Source: Octopus sinensis
Lineage: Eukaryota
Length of the DNA stretch: 64,000 nt
Direction of reading: 5' to 3'
Assembly (NCBI RefSeq): GCF_006345805.1
Contig: NC_043008.1
Span: 76,384,001 to 76,448,000, forward strand
The notes under the pieces are model-generated. The model made no database searches and was not told where the DNA came from. It saw only the letters and a program-made list of their open reading frames with translations. Both the position numbers and the translations under genes were made by a program. Position 1 is the stretch's first letter. Every line of letters begins with the position of its first letter. Shown here piece by piece: positions 39,797 through 55,399 of the stretch.

Positions 39797-40867
39797 TGTG
39801 CACTATATATCAGATGGTATAATTATATTCAGTATTCTAATGTTTAGACAGAAACTATTCGTTATGATCATTTCTAACAATTTTCAAATGCATTTAGATT
39901 TAATGCAACTCTACATAATTTCACTTACAGGCATTTGAAAGACTTTCTCCGAAACTATTTTATTCAAGCTTCAACAACAACAATTATTATTTTTTTTTAA
40001 ATTCGCGATGAAAATATAAGTAAAACTAGTGCAATGTGAGAATATTGTGTGGAACATTCTCCAAATAAAGTACACAAAAAATGATTGAATTTTTGAAATC
40101 CTATAATAATAATCTTTGAAATACTTTTGCAGGAAAAGTAACTGCATTTTGATTTCTTTAGTTTTAGTTGAAAATAGTTTAAAATGCTTAAGCTATTCAC
40201 TTATATAATTGAAATTCCAAATATGCTACTAAATTTAGGTTAATATTGCTATTTGTTTAATGTCAATAGCGGTATTCTTTCTCTTCTAGAAAGGAACTCA
40301 TAAACTTTCCAAGCGAAATTTGGCTTTACATATTCCTTTACAAGTTCGAGAAAATAGCAAATATGAAATAATCAGCAACGGAGTGTGTTCGTGACAAAAT
40401 ATATCCCCAATGCTGTAAAGTGTTTTGTGTCGTTAAATTTAGAAAGCAGTAAGTCAATATGGACATTATGGTAATAAGTAGTGAGTAACGGTGAGCTTTA
40501 GTTTGGCAACTTTTTTAATGTTTTCTAGTAATATATTCCAATGGCATCTTACCACTCTAGCTTTCTGTTGATTTTATTAATGGCCTTCAAGCAATAAGTG
40601 CTTTGGTAATATCCAACGAAAACTGAGTATTACGGAAACCATACTTCTTCTCTGCATTATGTAATCTTATAGAATTATGGCGCTGTAGAGTCACTTGTTT
40701 ATGATTTCGAGTGCTCAGGTGGGAATGCAAGCGTTATTAATGTATTTTTGCCTGGCTACCATGGAGCACTTCCCGCCATTCTTTCTCTAATGTTCGCTTT
40801 TGTATCTTTTGTAGTTATTCTTATTGATGTATTCTTTATCGCAATTGTATGCATGCGTCTCATTTTC

Positions 40868-40921
<54 letters not shown>

Positions 40922-43900
40922 TATAATATAGTTTAATATATGTTTATACATGTACATATGTATATATACATGTGTGTATATATGGAAACACATACACATT
41001 CATATATACAGATAAATAAATACACACAATGAAGTATGCGTTATGTGTATGCATTTTATATGCATGAATATTTGTATATAGTTACGTATGCATGTATGCA
41101 TTCATGCATGACCGTTTTGGTAATCCTCTTGTTATAAAGTTAGAGAATATATTTGTTTTGTTTTTTATTTTCATGCGTTTAATTAATTGAAAAAAGCTAC
41201 GATTAATTCTTTTAATATACTGCAGGTGCGTTAGGCAGATCAGAAGTGTGGAATGAGACAATGTGATATTCATGCCTTTCTCATGAGCTTAACTGAAATA
41301 TAATTGCTACAAATGAGAAATAAAAACTGCTGATATAGGTGTTCGCTTAGACATATATTTCCACAATTGTCATAATTAAGGAAAGAAAACTGGCCTCAAG
41401 AATAAATACTTAATTAATTGTCATATTAGTAATGACCTACTGGATCTCTGCTTACTCGTAAGGTCAGTGGAACGAAACGGATGAAACTAAAATCCATCTC
41501 TTCTCAGAAATAACAATAATTTCTTAATAATTAGATAAATATCAAATTGCTTAAGTGCCAGAAGATTAATTAATAAGTTACAATAATATAGCCTATAAAT
41601 TTATTTATTGAAGTTTATAACTGCAGGCAGTTTAGCACCTTATCAGCTAGATCCTAGCTGAAATTTGTAGAAATCTTGGTCATACTTCTTAATTGCTGAA
41701 AGTAAACTAATTATCCAGGTAACTTGCTTGAAGTGCTGCAAATATAATTCAAAACCATATTATCTCTTTATACAGTCCAGCAAGAGATCGATATTTTTGC
41801 TATAAAAGGGTACATGAAGTTGTAGCATTGTTATACCCTTATGTTCAATGTGACATATTGCACTATAGGGTTTATAAATATAACACCAACCAAGCGTGAC
41901 GGAGATGCTACACAGTATTTGTCCCAGCTCTGTCGATTCTAAGTTCAAATCCCGCCAGAGTCAATTTTGCTCTTCAGCCTTTCAAGTTCGATGAAATAAA
42001 GTACCAGAGAAGTATTAGGATCTGTACAATTTACTCTTCTCCCTCAAATTTCTTGCCTTGCACTACCAATCTGCAGAGGCTCTATGAGACTCACGGCCCT
42101 TCTCCACTGACTAAACTGTTTAAAAATAGTCATTCAGTCTTCACTTCATACAATTGAAAGAAGCCTGTCGTGTATATGTGTGTGTGCCCCTGTGTCTATG
42201 TTTTTCCCTCACAACCGCTTGACAACCAGGCTAAAATAAATACTGGGGTCGATTCGTACGACTAAAATTCCTTAAGGCGGTGCCCAGAATGACTGAAGTC
42301 TGGAACAAGTAAAAGATAAAGGATAAACATAGAATACTTCAACGAATTATTTAACGGTTACGTTCTGTAACTTTAGATTGTTTTTAATTCTGTGAGGAAT
42401 TCCAAATATAAAACACCGTTGCAAGATAGGTAATTATAATAATCATATTACTATAACTTTATAATTATCAATATAGTTTCTAAAACTACAACACAGTTCC
42501 TACTCTCCACTTCACTTCTATTCTTGTGATGCGTCTTTGGGGAATGCAGAACTGAGTGTACGATACATTAGTTTTGCTTGGTCTGGGACGTGGTTTGTTC
42601 ACAGTATATGCTGTGTGCGTTGTACTTAGTTGGATGATATTTAAGGATCGTATGTACTGTGTCACTGGTGTTGTATGTTTTAATATCGGCTGGTGACTGT
42701 GTAGTTTGTGATGCGTATGCTGTGTGATGCATGTAATATTATTGTGTATTGGCTGTGAAGAGTGTGTGTTGCATTATATTATCTGCTAGAAATTCTGTAG
42801 AGGCTGCGTTGTTGCGCTGTCATATCAAATGGTAACTTTGAGTAGTTGGAGACGTGTAGGATGTATTATAGAATATGATGTACTTCTCATAACTATGCAT
42901 AAACCCATAACTATATATGCAAAACTCCGCAAAACTCCGTTATGCATAAATCCTCATAACTATGCATTTACCTCTAAGTATGCATGTACCTCTCATAATT
43001 CTACACGCACTACTCACGCACCAATATTAGTCACCTGAACTTGAACTAATTATTGGCAAGTAATTATATTCTAGTCATCTATATAGAAGAGGTGGTTTTA
43101 TTGTTTCTATCAACTGATCTGCAAATAGAATCAGTTTGCAATAAATTAGTAATGAGGATAGTCTCCTAGAAATATTTTTCTTTCTATGATTTCAGTTATC
43201 TTCTGTACGTCTCGTTATGGATTTTCTACATTTTTGACATGATCTATTGTAAATATTTTGTTGGCATTTATACTAATTTATTTACATGGAATGCCCCTAC
43301 TGTGGAAGAGTACCACATCAAATTGTCATCGGTTATCAATCCATTCTGAGATTTTTACCTCTCCTTTTTTGTCTTTTATAAAAGCTCGGTTCACCAATAG
43401 CTGAACCTTAAAGTTTTACTTCTATCTCGGCACGCATTCTGCTCCTCTTGTAAGATGTGGTGCATGTAGTGCTCCCTTATCAATAAAAGATAATCCACAA
43501 ATATTCCTAAATATAAAATAAAAAATAGATTTACTGAGAGAAGTGAAAAATCCCCAACCACTATATTTTCACTAGATAATGGAGAACAAATATCTAAAAC
43601 GTGATGTTTTTAATTCCTCGAGGCAAATCAAACCACAGAGATTATTTTCTACGGAATTTTATATATAATCATATACATTCTACTGTATATAAGACAATGG
43701 ATATGATGATGATAACTTTTAAGGCTTGTACCACATCAACATTATTTAGAACTCATGTGTAACTATACTAACACGAAAGTTGTGTGTAATATGAAGTTCA
43801 ACACTGAAACTTTATTCTTAGAAGTATAGCAATATTTTTGATGTAATGGAATCTTAATTAAACTTGTCTGAACTGATATTTCCAAAGCAGTCATGTAATT

Positions 43901-44719
43901 GTTGGTTGGCTGAATGTTACAGACTTTTGTAAAAAGGATCGTTTCCAATTTAGTTTTACACGTAAGATAAGCGACAGGAAACGCTGGCGTTACAGCAACC
44001 AAGGGGATTTAAAGGTCATATAAAAATCAAAAAGAACCCGAAAATCGATTAGAAATATCCTGATCGCTATCGACGAAAGGGGAGACAAAAGTGTGTCCTT
44101 GTTTCCAGTTTTAAATTAACCAGACGAGTTTTGATGTAGCCAATTTAGAAAGAACAGATCAGAAAGATTTAGTAATTGCTTTTGTTTGTTAATTTATTTT
44201 CTAAGTTGTGCTGGTTTGTTTTCCCATCACGATTGTGATAATTTGTTGATATGTTAGAGAGGGCAGAGGGAATGGTGAACTCTCAGGTTCAAACAAAGCT
44301 AGAAAAGGATAAATTGGTTTGATATGATTATTAACCAAGTATAGTCTTAATAAAGTTTCTTTTGTTTTAAATTTCATTCTAGTCATCTTAATAAATGCAT
44401 CTAACGTATGAATTTCATTGTTTAGTAGTTCAAAGGATGTTACTAATAATTCAATTTAAGTAGCAGAGCTGTTTGTTATTTTCCGATGTGTAGTTAATGG
44501 TTGAATTGTCTGTGTAAATTGTTTGTGTAAATTGAATACAAACTTGAAAGTTTTAATGTTTCAACATATTTATCCTGATTCTTTAATTATTCTGTTATAG
44601 TTAATTTATGGCAGGAATAATTAAAGGCAATAATAACCTAACGTAAATTATATTGAAAATTATACGCACATTCATTAGACAACATTTTCTCAAGTCGGAA
44701 TCCAGATTGTTCATTTCGA

Positions 44720-45600
44720 AAACAGTTTGTTCAACACAACTTTTACGAGATGAATCAGCTTGGTTCCACCAGGAGAGATTATCTACTGGTCATATAGCTA
44801 CACTTCGAATTATGAAGAAACAGCCACTAGAACGGAAAAGATTTTTGTATGTGACACTCAACGATTATGAGAAGATATTTGACAGTATGGAGAGGCTGAC
44901 ACTGTGAAAATTGCCTCTACTCTTTGGTATACCCGAGAAGATCTTTATTTTGGTTAGAGGTGCTCATGAAAGATCAACATATCAAGTTGTACGTGATGGA
45001 ACTTTGATGCAACCATTCAATTTCCTGATGTAAGATATGTTGTCTCGCTTTCTTTCCCTAACAGTAATTGACTGGGTGATTAAAGAAACAGCCAAAGTAC
45101 AGCCCAGATGAATGAAATGGTCTCTCTTCAAATGTCTAGATGATATCGACTTTGCTGATGATATTACCCTTCTCTCCCAGCGCCACAATGCCACGGAGAA
45201 GAAGATCACAGCAGTGGCCTCAAGATCAACACTGAGAAGACAAAAAGCATGAGAATGCACGCAGCCAACGATAACAGCTTCACAGATGGAGGAAAGGAAA
45301 CTGAAGGTTTGAGAAAACTACAGCTGCCTTTAGGATGCTCGGCCAAATCTGGAGATCGCATGTCTTGTAAACAAACACAAAACTCAGGGTATCTAACACG
45401 AGCGTGGAGACGGTTCTGCTACATGCGTGTGAAACAGCAAGTCTCAAAGTTATCCATTGGCAAACTCTAAATGTTTGCGAAGAGATATCTCCGAAACATC
45501 TTTGGGAGAGACTCGGATGTAAAGCCTTGTGGTAACAAGCGAAACAGCAATGTATTGGTTTTCTATAAATGTGACAATAATAAGAGGACAATAGTATAAC
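44720..45600 (+). mobile_element. Degraded RTE-clade LINE reverse transcriptase fragment
   Basis: HIATLRIM….LYVTLNDYEKIFDSMER, GIPEKI and LDDIDFADDITLLSQ remnants. Confidence 0.7.
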
Positions 45601-48600
45601 AAAATATAAAACTGTTTAGGCTACAAGTACAGTACTACATCAAAAGTAAATATGCTGAAATCAATATTAAGCATTACTAACCAAAGGTTTTATTAAAACA
45701 ATAGTTGAAAAGCTCTTAAATCAACTTGTAAGTATTCTGATTTCAACGAGTTCGTACGATTTGATTCCGTTGTAACCTTATTCTCTCGTTAAACCACTGA
45801 ATATTAAGTTAACTCTGTGTAATTCTTTAACGTTCAGAAATATTGATTTAGATTTGAAGTAATTAAAATGCTGTTGTGATAATGTTTTCCATCTTTGGTG
45901 CTTGCTGAAAATGCAAGTGAAGGAAAAAACACATTAAACAGAAATGCCATACTAACTGACGTATATCTCTACACACGTGTCAGTATTGTAATAAGCTGTA
46001 TGATTTGATTGCTGTCTATATTTATACTCTCACCGCATCCTTTCAGCTTTACATAACTTGAATATACTTCTTGTACATAAACATATATGATCATCAAGTA
46101 TATTTGTTAATACTAACATTAATTCATCGATTAAATATTCATTACCAAACATCTGAGAAAATAACTATCAATCTATTCGTGGTGTTGAGTTTCTGATCAC
46201 ACATGAATTATTAAATGTACTGTGACATCCCACAGTTTCACATACAGTGCATTATATTATCGAATGGGTTCTTCTTGTAAGATGCCGAGGAGTAATTTGA
46301 AGGGTATTTGACGTGTAGAAGTTTTGTGTTGCCTTGGATACCTGGAATATTAACACATACCAACGAACATTGAACTTAACTGCCGGTGAAGGTAGCCCTG
46401 TTTGAGAGATGTCATCTACAGGTATGACTTTTTTTTTAATGGATCTTAAAAATGTATGAGACAAAAGTCTTGCTGTTTTTACTAATTTTAATGTCTGCTT
46501 CATAAGACAAAGGAAGATGAAGTTGTAAATGTTTAAAGAGAAGCCCTAGAAATTGATGGAGTGGCATATTTAGGACACATTTGCTGTCTTTTTATTTCTA
46601 ACTTAATTTATTCGGTTTCATTAATTTCATGATGTATTTGAAGTGAGTCAAAACAGAAATCTAGAGTGCTTCAAATAATCTCTGGCTGTTTATGGTCATA
46701 AATATTGTTTGTATAATTTTATTATATTCACAATGCGAATTACCGATATGAAATCAAAATTTACGTTCAAAAGGTGCTTCGGTAAATATAAAATGAATTT
46801 AAACTACTACGATAAATGTATTTATTCACTGTGAAACCACGAGGTTTCATGTCATTCTTTCAGAAATATAATGTACAGCTAAGTAAATATTATTTCAGTT
46901 TCACTTTCTCCTCTTCGGTATTCTTATGATTTTTCTCTCTCTTTATTAGCCCCCTTTCATTGTATTTGTGTGTGTGTGCGTGTGTGGGTGTATGTGTGTG
47001 TGTGCGTTTGTGTGTGTGTGTGTGTGTGTGTTTTATACTGTTTGAACAATATTAATAGCTAAATAAAAGCAGATGATTCAGGGAGGGAATTTAACGTGAA
47101 TCAGCATTGTAGTTCGATCAAGTCAGTCTAATCGATAAATGTTCAAGGATAAATACCTGTACGAATTCACCTCTAGTTGCACTGAGTAAGTGCTACAAAT
47201 TTATAACACTTCAGTTAATATGTAATCTGTGAAGGAACATATTTTCAGTTAAAAATGAATGGATTTCTTTGTACATGTTTGTATGTGTTAGTGTGTGTTT
47301 GTGCTTGCAGTAATGCGTTTGTGTACAACCATATACACATAATGATTATAAGCACGCATATATTTCTAAAATACATTGTGCTGCTTATGCATATGTTCGT
47401 GTATATATGTATATACATATATATATATATATATACATATATGTATATATATATGTGTGTGTGTGTGTGTAAGTATGTATACATATGCGTGTATATATTT
47501 ATTTACATATATATACACAGATATGCCTCAGTGTACGTGCGCAAGTAAGACTGCCTGTATTTATACATGTATTATAAATTGCGTGCAACAAAGCATTTTT
47601 CGCTGGACATGTCATCCCATTTACAGAAACCAACGCACAATTCTCTATAAACAGCGGAAATAGAAATTCATTCTACAGGCCTTAATCTTAATATCCTTAC
47701 TTAATATACTTTGCCATAAGTTGGAGGACCCACAGAATTTTATGCTCGTCATTATATCTAAGATGACCGTTGGGCTGGATGTGGGGGTATATTACTGACG
47801 TTTTTATCATACCACACACACATACTCAAACACAGCCACACACATACATACGTATACACTCACATATGCTCACATATGCTCACATGCACACTGAGACTGT
47901 GAATGGGAGTAGCACAATAAATGATTTGCGTTCTGCGTTCAAATTCCGAGGTGAATCTTTACTTTCATCCTTCTGGGGTCGTCAAAAAAAGTACTAATTA
48001 ACTGTGTTTCATGTAATCAATTTACCCGTTTCTCCCAAATTGCTAGCACTGTCGAAAATTTTTAAGCCAATATATCAAATACTTGCATTTTTTTAATTTG
48101 CTTAGAAAAATGTCAGTCCATAATCTTTCGTCAATAACGCAACATTTTTTTCAAACTGTACAGCTGTGATTCTTTAGTTTCACTTTACAGAATGGAAGTG
48201 AATGGCGAGGAGAAATCGCAGACTAGCTGACAAACAATATTAATATCTCAAGAGTTTCGTCCTTCAACGTTCTATGTACAATACTCTTTAATGTTGATTT
48301 ATATATTTTCCATCCGCAGTCGCCTCAGAAATTCTGCCGATTAGTAAACATTTACCAATATAAAATATCAGTTTAATGTCTATTTAATGCATTTTACTTT
48401 TATAATTATTCAGTGTATCTTTATCTTTTCATTGTTTCAGTTATTAGACTGCGGCCATGCTCGGGTACCGTCTTGAAATACCTTTCGTCGATTGACTCGA
48501 TCCCAGTACATTTTTAATCCGGTACTATTTCTAGCGCTCTCCATTGTCGAAATCCTTAACTAAGGAGGCGTAAACACACCAACACCTGTTGTAAATCGGT

Positions 48601-48689
48601 GGCGGGGTACAAACAAAGACACAAAAACAAGCACACACACACACGTGTACACACACACGTGTACACACACACGCACATACACACACATG

Positions 48690-49062
48690 CTTTTCAACTC
48701 TAGGTACAAGGCCCGATATTTTTGGAGAGGTAGGGACAGTACACAACTGGTACTTAATTTTTCGACCGCGAAATAATGAAAAGCAAAGTCGACCTCGGCG
48801 GAATTTGAACTTAGGACATTGCGGCAGACGAAATACCTATTTCTTTACTACCCACAAGGGGCTAAACGCAGAGAGGACAAACAAGGACAGACAAACGGAT
48901 TAAGTTGATTATATCGACGCCAGTGCGTAACTGGTACTTATTTAATCGACCCCGAAAGGATGAAAGGCAAAGTCGACCTCGGCGGAATTTGAACTCAGAA
49001 CGTAGCGGCAGACGAAATACCGCTAAGCATTTAGCCCGGAGTGTTAACGACTCTGCCAGCTC
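48690..49062 (-). mobile_element. tRNA-derived SINE (family A) with an internal partial tandem duplication
   Basis: Two successive gtatttcgtctgccg…gttcaaattccgccgaggtcgactttgc units on the minus strand. Confidence 0.85.
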
Positions 49063-49084
49063 ACACACACATACGCATGCACAC

Positions 49085-49265
49085 ACACTTATTATATGTA
49101 TATACACGACAGGCTTCTTTCAGTCTCCATCAACGAAATCCACTCACAAAACTTTGGTCGGCCCGAAGCTATAGTAGAAGACAGTTACCTATGGTGCCAC
49201 GCAGTAGGACTAACTCCAGAACCATGTGGCTGGACAGCAATCTTCTTACCACACAGCCACGCCTG
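49085..49265 (-). mobile_element. tRNA-derived SINE (family B), 5' part
   Basis: Minus strand caggcgtggctgtgtggtaagaag…tcttctactatagc…gaaagaagcctgtcg. A related copy lies on + at about 57565-57715. Confidence 0.7.
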
Positions 49266-49824
49266 CATCTCTATATACTGTATATCGTATACGATTCCTT
49301 GTCGTTATTAGTCCTATTATGGAACCAACTTTGAATATGATAATTTACTTGAAAAACAGCTCGTATTGTGACAGTCTCATGATTATCCAGGTATGTGAGA
49401 ACATACACATGCTCATACACATATGAGCACGTGTATATGTACATGTGTGTACAAGACTCTTCCATTTTACCTGAGTATCAACCAAATACACTATTTTTGT
49501 TGTTCCCTCATCTATTTCTGTCTATTGCCTTTTGTCTTTTGTATAATTTTTAACCATATACATCTACATAACAATGTCAACAGTCTATGTATCGCATATA
49601 TGTCAATAGTCTAAATGTCTTATATCTGTCATTTATTTCCAGATATTCTCATCTTTCACGTGTCTTTTCTTCTCTATCTTCCACTTTTTCTTTTAATTTT
49701 GATCCCTCCACCGTTATCATTTCTGACTTTCTGTCTTTCTGCCTCTACATCCTTTCACTAAGAATGTCTTTTCTATTATGTTTTTCATTTTTTTCTGTTT
49801 CCCTTTCTCGCTCAGTTTTTATTT

Positions 49825-49882
<58 letters not shown>

Positions 49883-50519
49883 ACCTCTTTCTCTTTTCGA
49901 CTTTATTAATATTCATATCATTTCGCACCATGTCCATGTTCATGATTTGATGGATACAATAACCATTAATACTTAATTTCAGAAATAGTTGATGTATACG
50001 TGTTGTTCCACTCCTTTAATACAATTGAGTGAATTAATCACCTCCTTATGGAAATATTCTCACAACATATTCTCACTATTGTCTTACTCTTTAACTACTT
50101 CTACTGTTCAACGATATATTTGATCTTCATCCGCAATACTTTAATAACTTTGTCTTACTTCTGCAACATTTTGCTATCTGTACCACTTACGTAATAATAT
50201 TTTTTATGAGATTAAAGGGATAGACGAGAGATTTTTAATTTGTCTTTGAACTAATATTTCTAAATAACCTGTAAGATGTATTTTATTGACTTTATGTTGC
50301 AGTTCAGAAACATATTTTATATCCCATAATCCTTCATTCACTTACAAAGATTCATTCATCGATTTTGATGTCTCTTCGTTATGTTCCGTCATGTTTAGGC
50401 TTTAACCTCGATCTTAAATACTAATGTTCTTTTCTAAAACTGTAACAAAGTGCTTCCAAATTGATAGCTTGCCAATCAATACAACTCTTTATCAAACCTT
50501 ATCAATGATATATATATAT

Positions 50520-50563
<44 letters not shown>

Positions 50564-50667
50564 ATGTACATATATATATATGTATATATATATACATATA
50601 TACATACATAAATATATATACATATACACATATATACATATGCACATAGATATATATATACATATAC

Positions 50668-50746
<79 letters not shown>

Positions 50747-53289
50747 ACATATCTATAAGTGCGCGTGAGCGTGTGTGCGTGTGTGTATTTTTTGTTTCTG
50801 TTTTGAAGGTTGATTGGTTGATTTTTCACAAAAACAATTAAACATGTTTTGAATTCTTTGTATTGTTTCATTAAAGGCTGTATCATTTTAGCAGAACTGG
50901 GTTAATTAATGTACGCACTGCAGATCATATTTTATAGGGAGAGAAAGAATAGTGAAATTTCTTTACCATCAACTTTTACTACGATGCAAATATCACACAT
51001 GCTAATGGAATTCTTAATAATAGTCTAAACTAGATGACAATTCTTCTGAAACTACGAACACATTGTATTGATTCAAGTGTACAACTATAAAAACAGTTTT
51101 TCTTCCAGAAATAATTTCTCTTCTTAACATTCCAAATATATTGATTACATATTCCCATAATAGAGTTATCGTCTGGAAGGCCTTCTGATAATGATAATCT
51201 TTGAACCAGAAAACTAAACAGATAGGGTGTGATCATACGGAATAAATTTTACATCAAGTTGGTCGATTGTAAAGATGTCATCAGACAATCCATTCTTCTT
51301 TCAAGATGAGTTCAAACTAACATGTTGGTTATATTTTCAGATGGCTTCATAAAACCATAATGAGATTTTTCCACCCGTTTAGTGATGTCTTCCTTTGTTC
51401 TTCATTAGTCACTTAACACTCTATCGGGGTCTGATAGACTGATATGAAGTATTCATTTATTCTTGAAAATGACATTTTTTACACATGATAAGATCTTATG
51501 AAGCATATTGTATTATTTCATATTAACTGTTTATTTCAATGCAGTTCTTGATAGGTTTATAGATGAGTGACAATATGGTTGCTCAGCTCTTTAGATATTC
51601 ATAAAAACAAAATTCTTTGACAATAAATAACAGTGTGGCAGTGACAGACATTTGTAGATAAATACTATTCTTTCAGATACTATGACCATTTCTATAGAGC
51701 TTCACGTAAACTTTAAGATTATGGGATGATTTATTCACAGCTATTATAGCATTCATACAAATGAGATGGGGAAAAGCATAAATGTCACAAAATCATATTT
51801 TACTTCCTCATACATGTATTTCTTGAATGCATGCTCCTACACACTCACACTCGCACACACAAAACACATACATCAACATACATGCATAAATACATACACA
51901 CACATACATGCACACATACATGCATATATATATAGATACATACATAAATACATACACACTCACATGCATGCATTCATACAAGAGAAAGAGGACATACATG
52001 AAACATTGATAAGGAGTTTGCAAATCCAGTACCCATTATACACTTTCAGCTTCATCCCCATTATGATTGAAGCAGCAGGATCCATACTAACCAGTCTGTA
52101 GTAAAGTGTTGCTGAATTTGGGATCCTGGAGCGAGAATACAAATCCTTAATTCGTATGCCACAAATGATCACGATATCGGGACAACAAAATTCTACAACA
52201 CCTTCCTAAGATTCCAAGGCTTCTGGGTAGAAAAAGATACATTCCTTCACAACCTTGCTTTTATATGTAGAATCTCTGGATTTCAACTGTAGACTATATG
52301 CATATATATGTATGTATGTGTGTGTGTATGTATGTGTTATGTTTCTGCTTGTCCCCGTAACTCAGCGGCTCGGCGAAAGCAACCGATGTGAAGCAGACAT
52401 TAAGAAATAAGTGCTGCACGCGCTCGTGTGTGTGTATGTGGTCTCACGTTACTTGAAAATCGTGAGTTTTCAAGGGAACTTATGACCTTATTCGGTGTTG
52501 GCCCCATAACACTGCTGTTAACTTATGTATGATTTGTACCGTAACAGCACTATTAATTTATGTAACTATTTTTGGACAGTTTCGTGATAAAATGTTTTAA
52601 AGGATTTCTTAAGCTGTCACAAGTACGAATATTTTGATGAGAATAAGGATTTTCAATCAAACTATATCTCAGTATGTAACCGCTACTGATTTTGTCGATC
52701 GCAGATTGATGAAAGGGCGAAATCGATTTCAGAGGAATTAGTTCGAGAAAGTTAATATTTTTGTTGCCGCTATAGTACAGTTTACTATATATAAAGATTA
52801 TAGTATGTGTCATACATTCATAAGTCACTTAATAACTTGTCCCAAAACAACAAAGGAAACAAGTTTCCTAATATACTTTATTCCTTTATTTTAGGATTGA
52901 TATCCAGTTATATTAAGTTTGACTAACAATATTATATATTTATAAGCTTTCATCGTAACAGAATAAATGATTTGGCAAGAAATATATTAGCAATATATTC
53001 CTTACCTTGCATAAAATAGATCGAAAGTACAACTCCACTAACTAGTACTTCAGACGTATATTCTATAACATATATTTATAAGATATCAGGACCTCATTAT
53101 TATAAGACTTACTTTCTTATCACTCAGTTAAAACTGCACTCATATATATGAGTGATGTGTGTGTTTAAACACATACGCATTCATATGCTTGTATATTCAT
53201 ATACATACATGTATACATGCATATATACATGCCTGGCTGCCTTCATACATACATACATACATACCAGCTAGAATACATGCCCAAAGAAG

Positions 53290-54095
53290 TCGCATGACTC
53301 TACCACAACGTATCATCAGATGGAAAGATGGGTTTATATGAGCAGAAAACTATGCATGGGTATGTTAGAAGAAAGCTTCGAGATGGCTGTAACATCAAAG
53401 CAGTCTATTATGGACCGATAGCTGGATTACTTCCTCTCACTTTGAAGGGCATGCTTTTGCAATCCAGGAACAGGAAATATCAGTCAAGTACCTGATGCAT
53501 AAAAGGGATAGAAATGCAGGAAAAGCAGTAAAATATGACAACCGATGCAGACTTAGCGGAGTGAAGATATCACTCACATCATAAACAGTTGCCCGAAAGC
53601 GTCATCACGATATTATCTACCGAAGAGAAATGATGCTGTAGCTAGGACAATCTATAATGGATTAACCCCGGAAGGATAACCCCGAGACCAAAGAAATAAG
53701 AACCCACAGCCAGTTATAATAAAAGAGTGTACTGGTGGAATGTCCCAGAGAATACCTCAATAAAATGTAAGCACAACAGACCTGTTAAAATGATTTGCGA
53801 TTGAGAAGAGAATCTGCGTACAATTGTGGAAATTAGCTACTCAGCGGATGTTAACCTAAAGCTGAAGATCAGTGAAAAGGGAATACCTACGGTGAAGTAT
53901 TGAGAAATCTGCAGTTACTCTATCCAGATTAAAAATTCAGATTTATACCTATAATTATTGGGGCCCTGAGATACCAATCTTGAGAAATTAGGCTTCTCAA
54001 GAACAGAAAGAAGAAAGCTGATTCGAAGACTACAGATCCAATCCATCACTAGAACTGTAAATGTAGGCAAAATTTGCCAGAAGTTTTGTCATTGA
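53290..54095 (+). mobile_element. R4/Dong-like C-terminal (zinc finger plus REL endonuclease) relic
   Basis: FAIQEQEISVKYL, DNRCRL, EDITHIINSCPK..SRYYLP.RND, YWWNVP, KHNRP and FIPIIIGAL remnants. Confidence 0.75.
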
Positions 54096-54415
54096 AATAT
54101 ATATGAGCATGTTTAATTATGCAGCTATATGAATGAGAATACATACATAAAGTAAAACATACAAATATGCACATATACATACATACATACATACATACAT
54201 ACATACATACATACATACATACATACATACATACATACATACAAAAATACCCTGTTGTTGATGTTCATGTTGAAATTTCAATGAAGGAGTTTTGGATCTA
54301 GGTTAGAAAGCGGCTCTTTCTCTTTTGGCTAGAAATCTTGAAATAAACTGAACAATGACATACATATATACTCACATAGATACATACATGCATGCATACA
54401 TACATTCATACATAC

Positions 54416-54446
<31 letters not shown>

Positions 54447-54659
54447 CATGCATGTATATATACATACATACATACATACATACATACATACATGCATACA
54501 TACATACATACATACATACATACTTACATACATATATGATGGTAGTCTCTCGCAGTCGAAGTAAGATGGTACTGCAATTTCTTGCTGAGCAACCTGCACA
54601 AATAATTTGTCTATAGTGAACGATATTATGCGTAGAATATTTGCTCACTCATTCAATCA

Positions 54660-54825
54660 GGTAAACGTTACCTGAACAGGTGCACAGTATGCCACATTCA
54701 ACTGTCGAAATGATCACACAGCAACATGCGATGAAGTGTTTTGCTCAAAATAATAACGCACCATCTTGTCCAGGAACTGAATCCACGATCTTGCGATCGT
54801 GAATACAACAATCTAACCACTAGGT
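54660..54825 (-). mobile_element. tRNA-derived SINE fragment (third family)
   Basis: Minus strand tagtggttagattgttgtattcacgatcgcaagatcgtggattcagttcctggac resembles a tRNA-like head with a B-box-like motif. Confidence 0.55.
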
Positions 54826-55399
54826 AATGCTCTTACGTAATACGTACGTACATACATACATACATACATAAATATGATTCCATCAGTTTTATATGTACAG
54901 GCGCTAGGGGCATTTAACATGACTGTTTTAACGTTTTCTTCTGTAAATATGCCGACCCCTCACAAACGTAGCGCTATTCCGACCAGTTCACTAATATGGC
55001 GTCTCACTAGTACGATTATCGCTGATATTGATATTAACAACACTGATATCGACGCACTTGCAATTTTTGTTAAGACAATGTAAATACTCATCTTACTTCA
55101 CTTGGTCTTCATATTCAAATCACGATCTACTTCAGTGCTATGAAAAAGTCTATGATGATCTTTTTTATTGGCTATATTAAGCGGCTGCAACTTTTCTGTG
55201 GCGAAACTCACCCAAATGTAAACTACTTTACATCAAAACAACTTTGGCAACAATCATCTTTGTTTGAAGAAAATAATAGCTGCCACAGATATCACTTGCT
55301 ATTCCAGCTCTTGTGAGACTGGTCTATCTTCTCAAAACACTGAGAACCGGTGAAAATCTGCCTTAAGAAAGAATCAAGCTTAATGTCACAATTATTAAA

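Noticed and set aside
49990-51700. Possible further LINE/PLE relics
   Set aside because: Only vague compositional similarity; no diagnostic motif could be read reliably.
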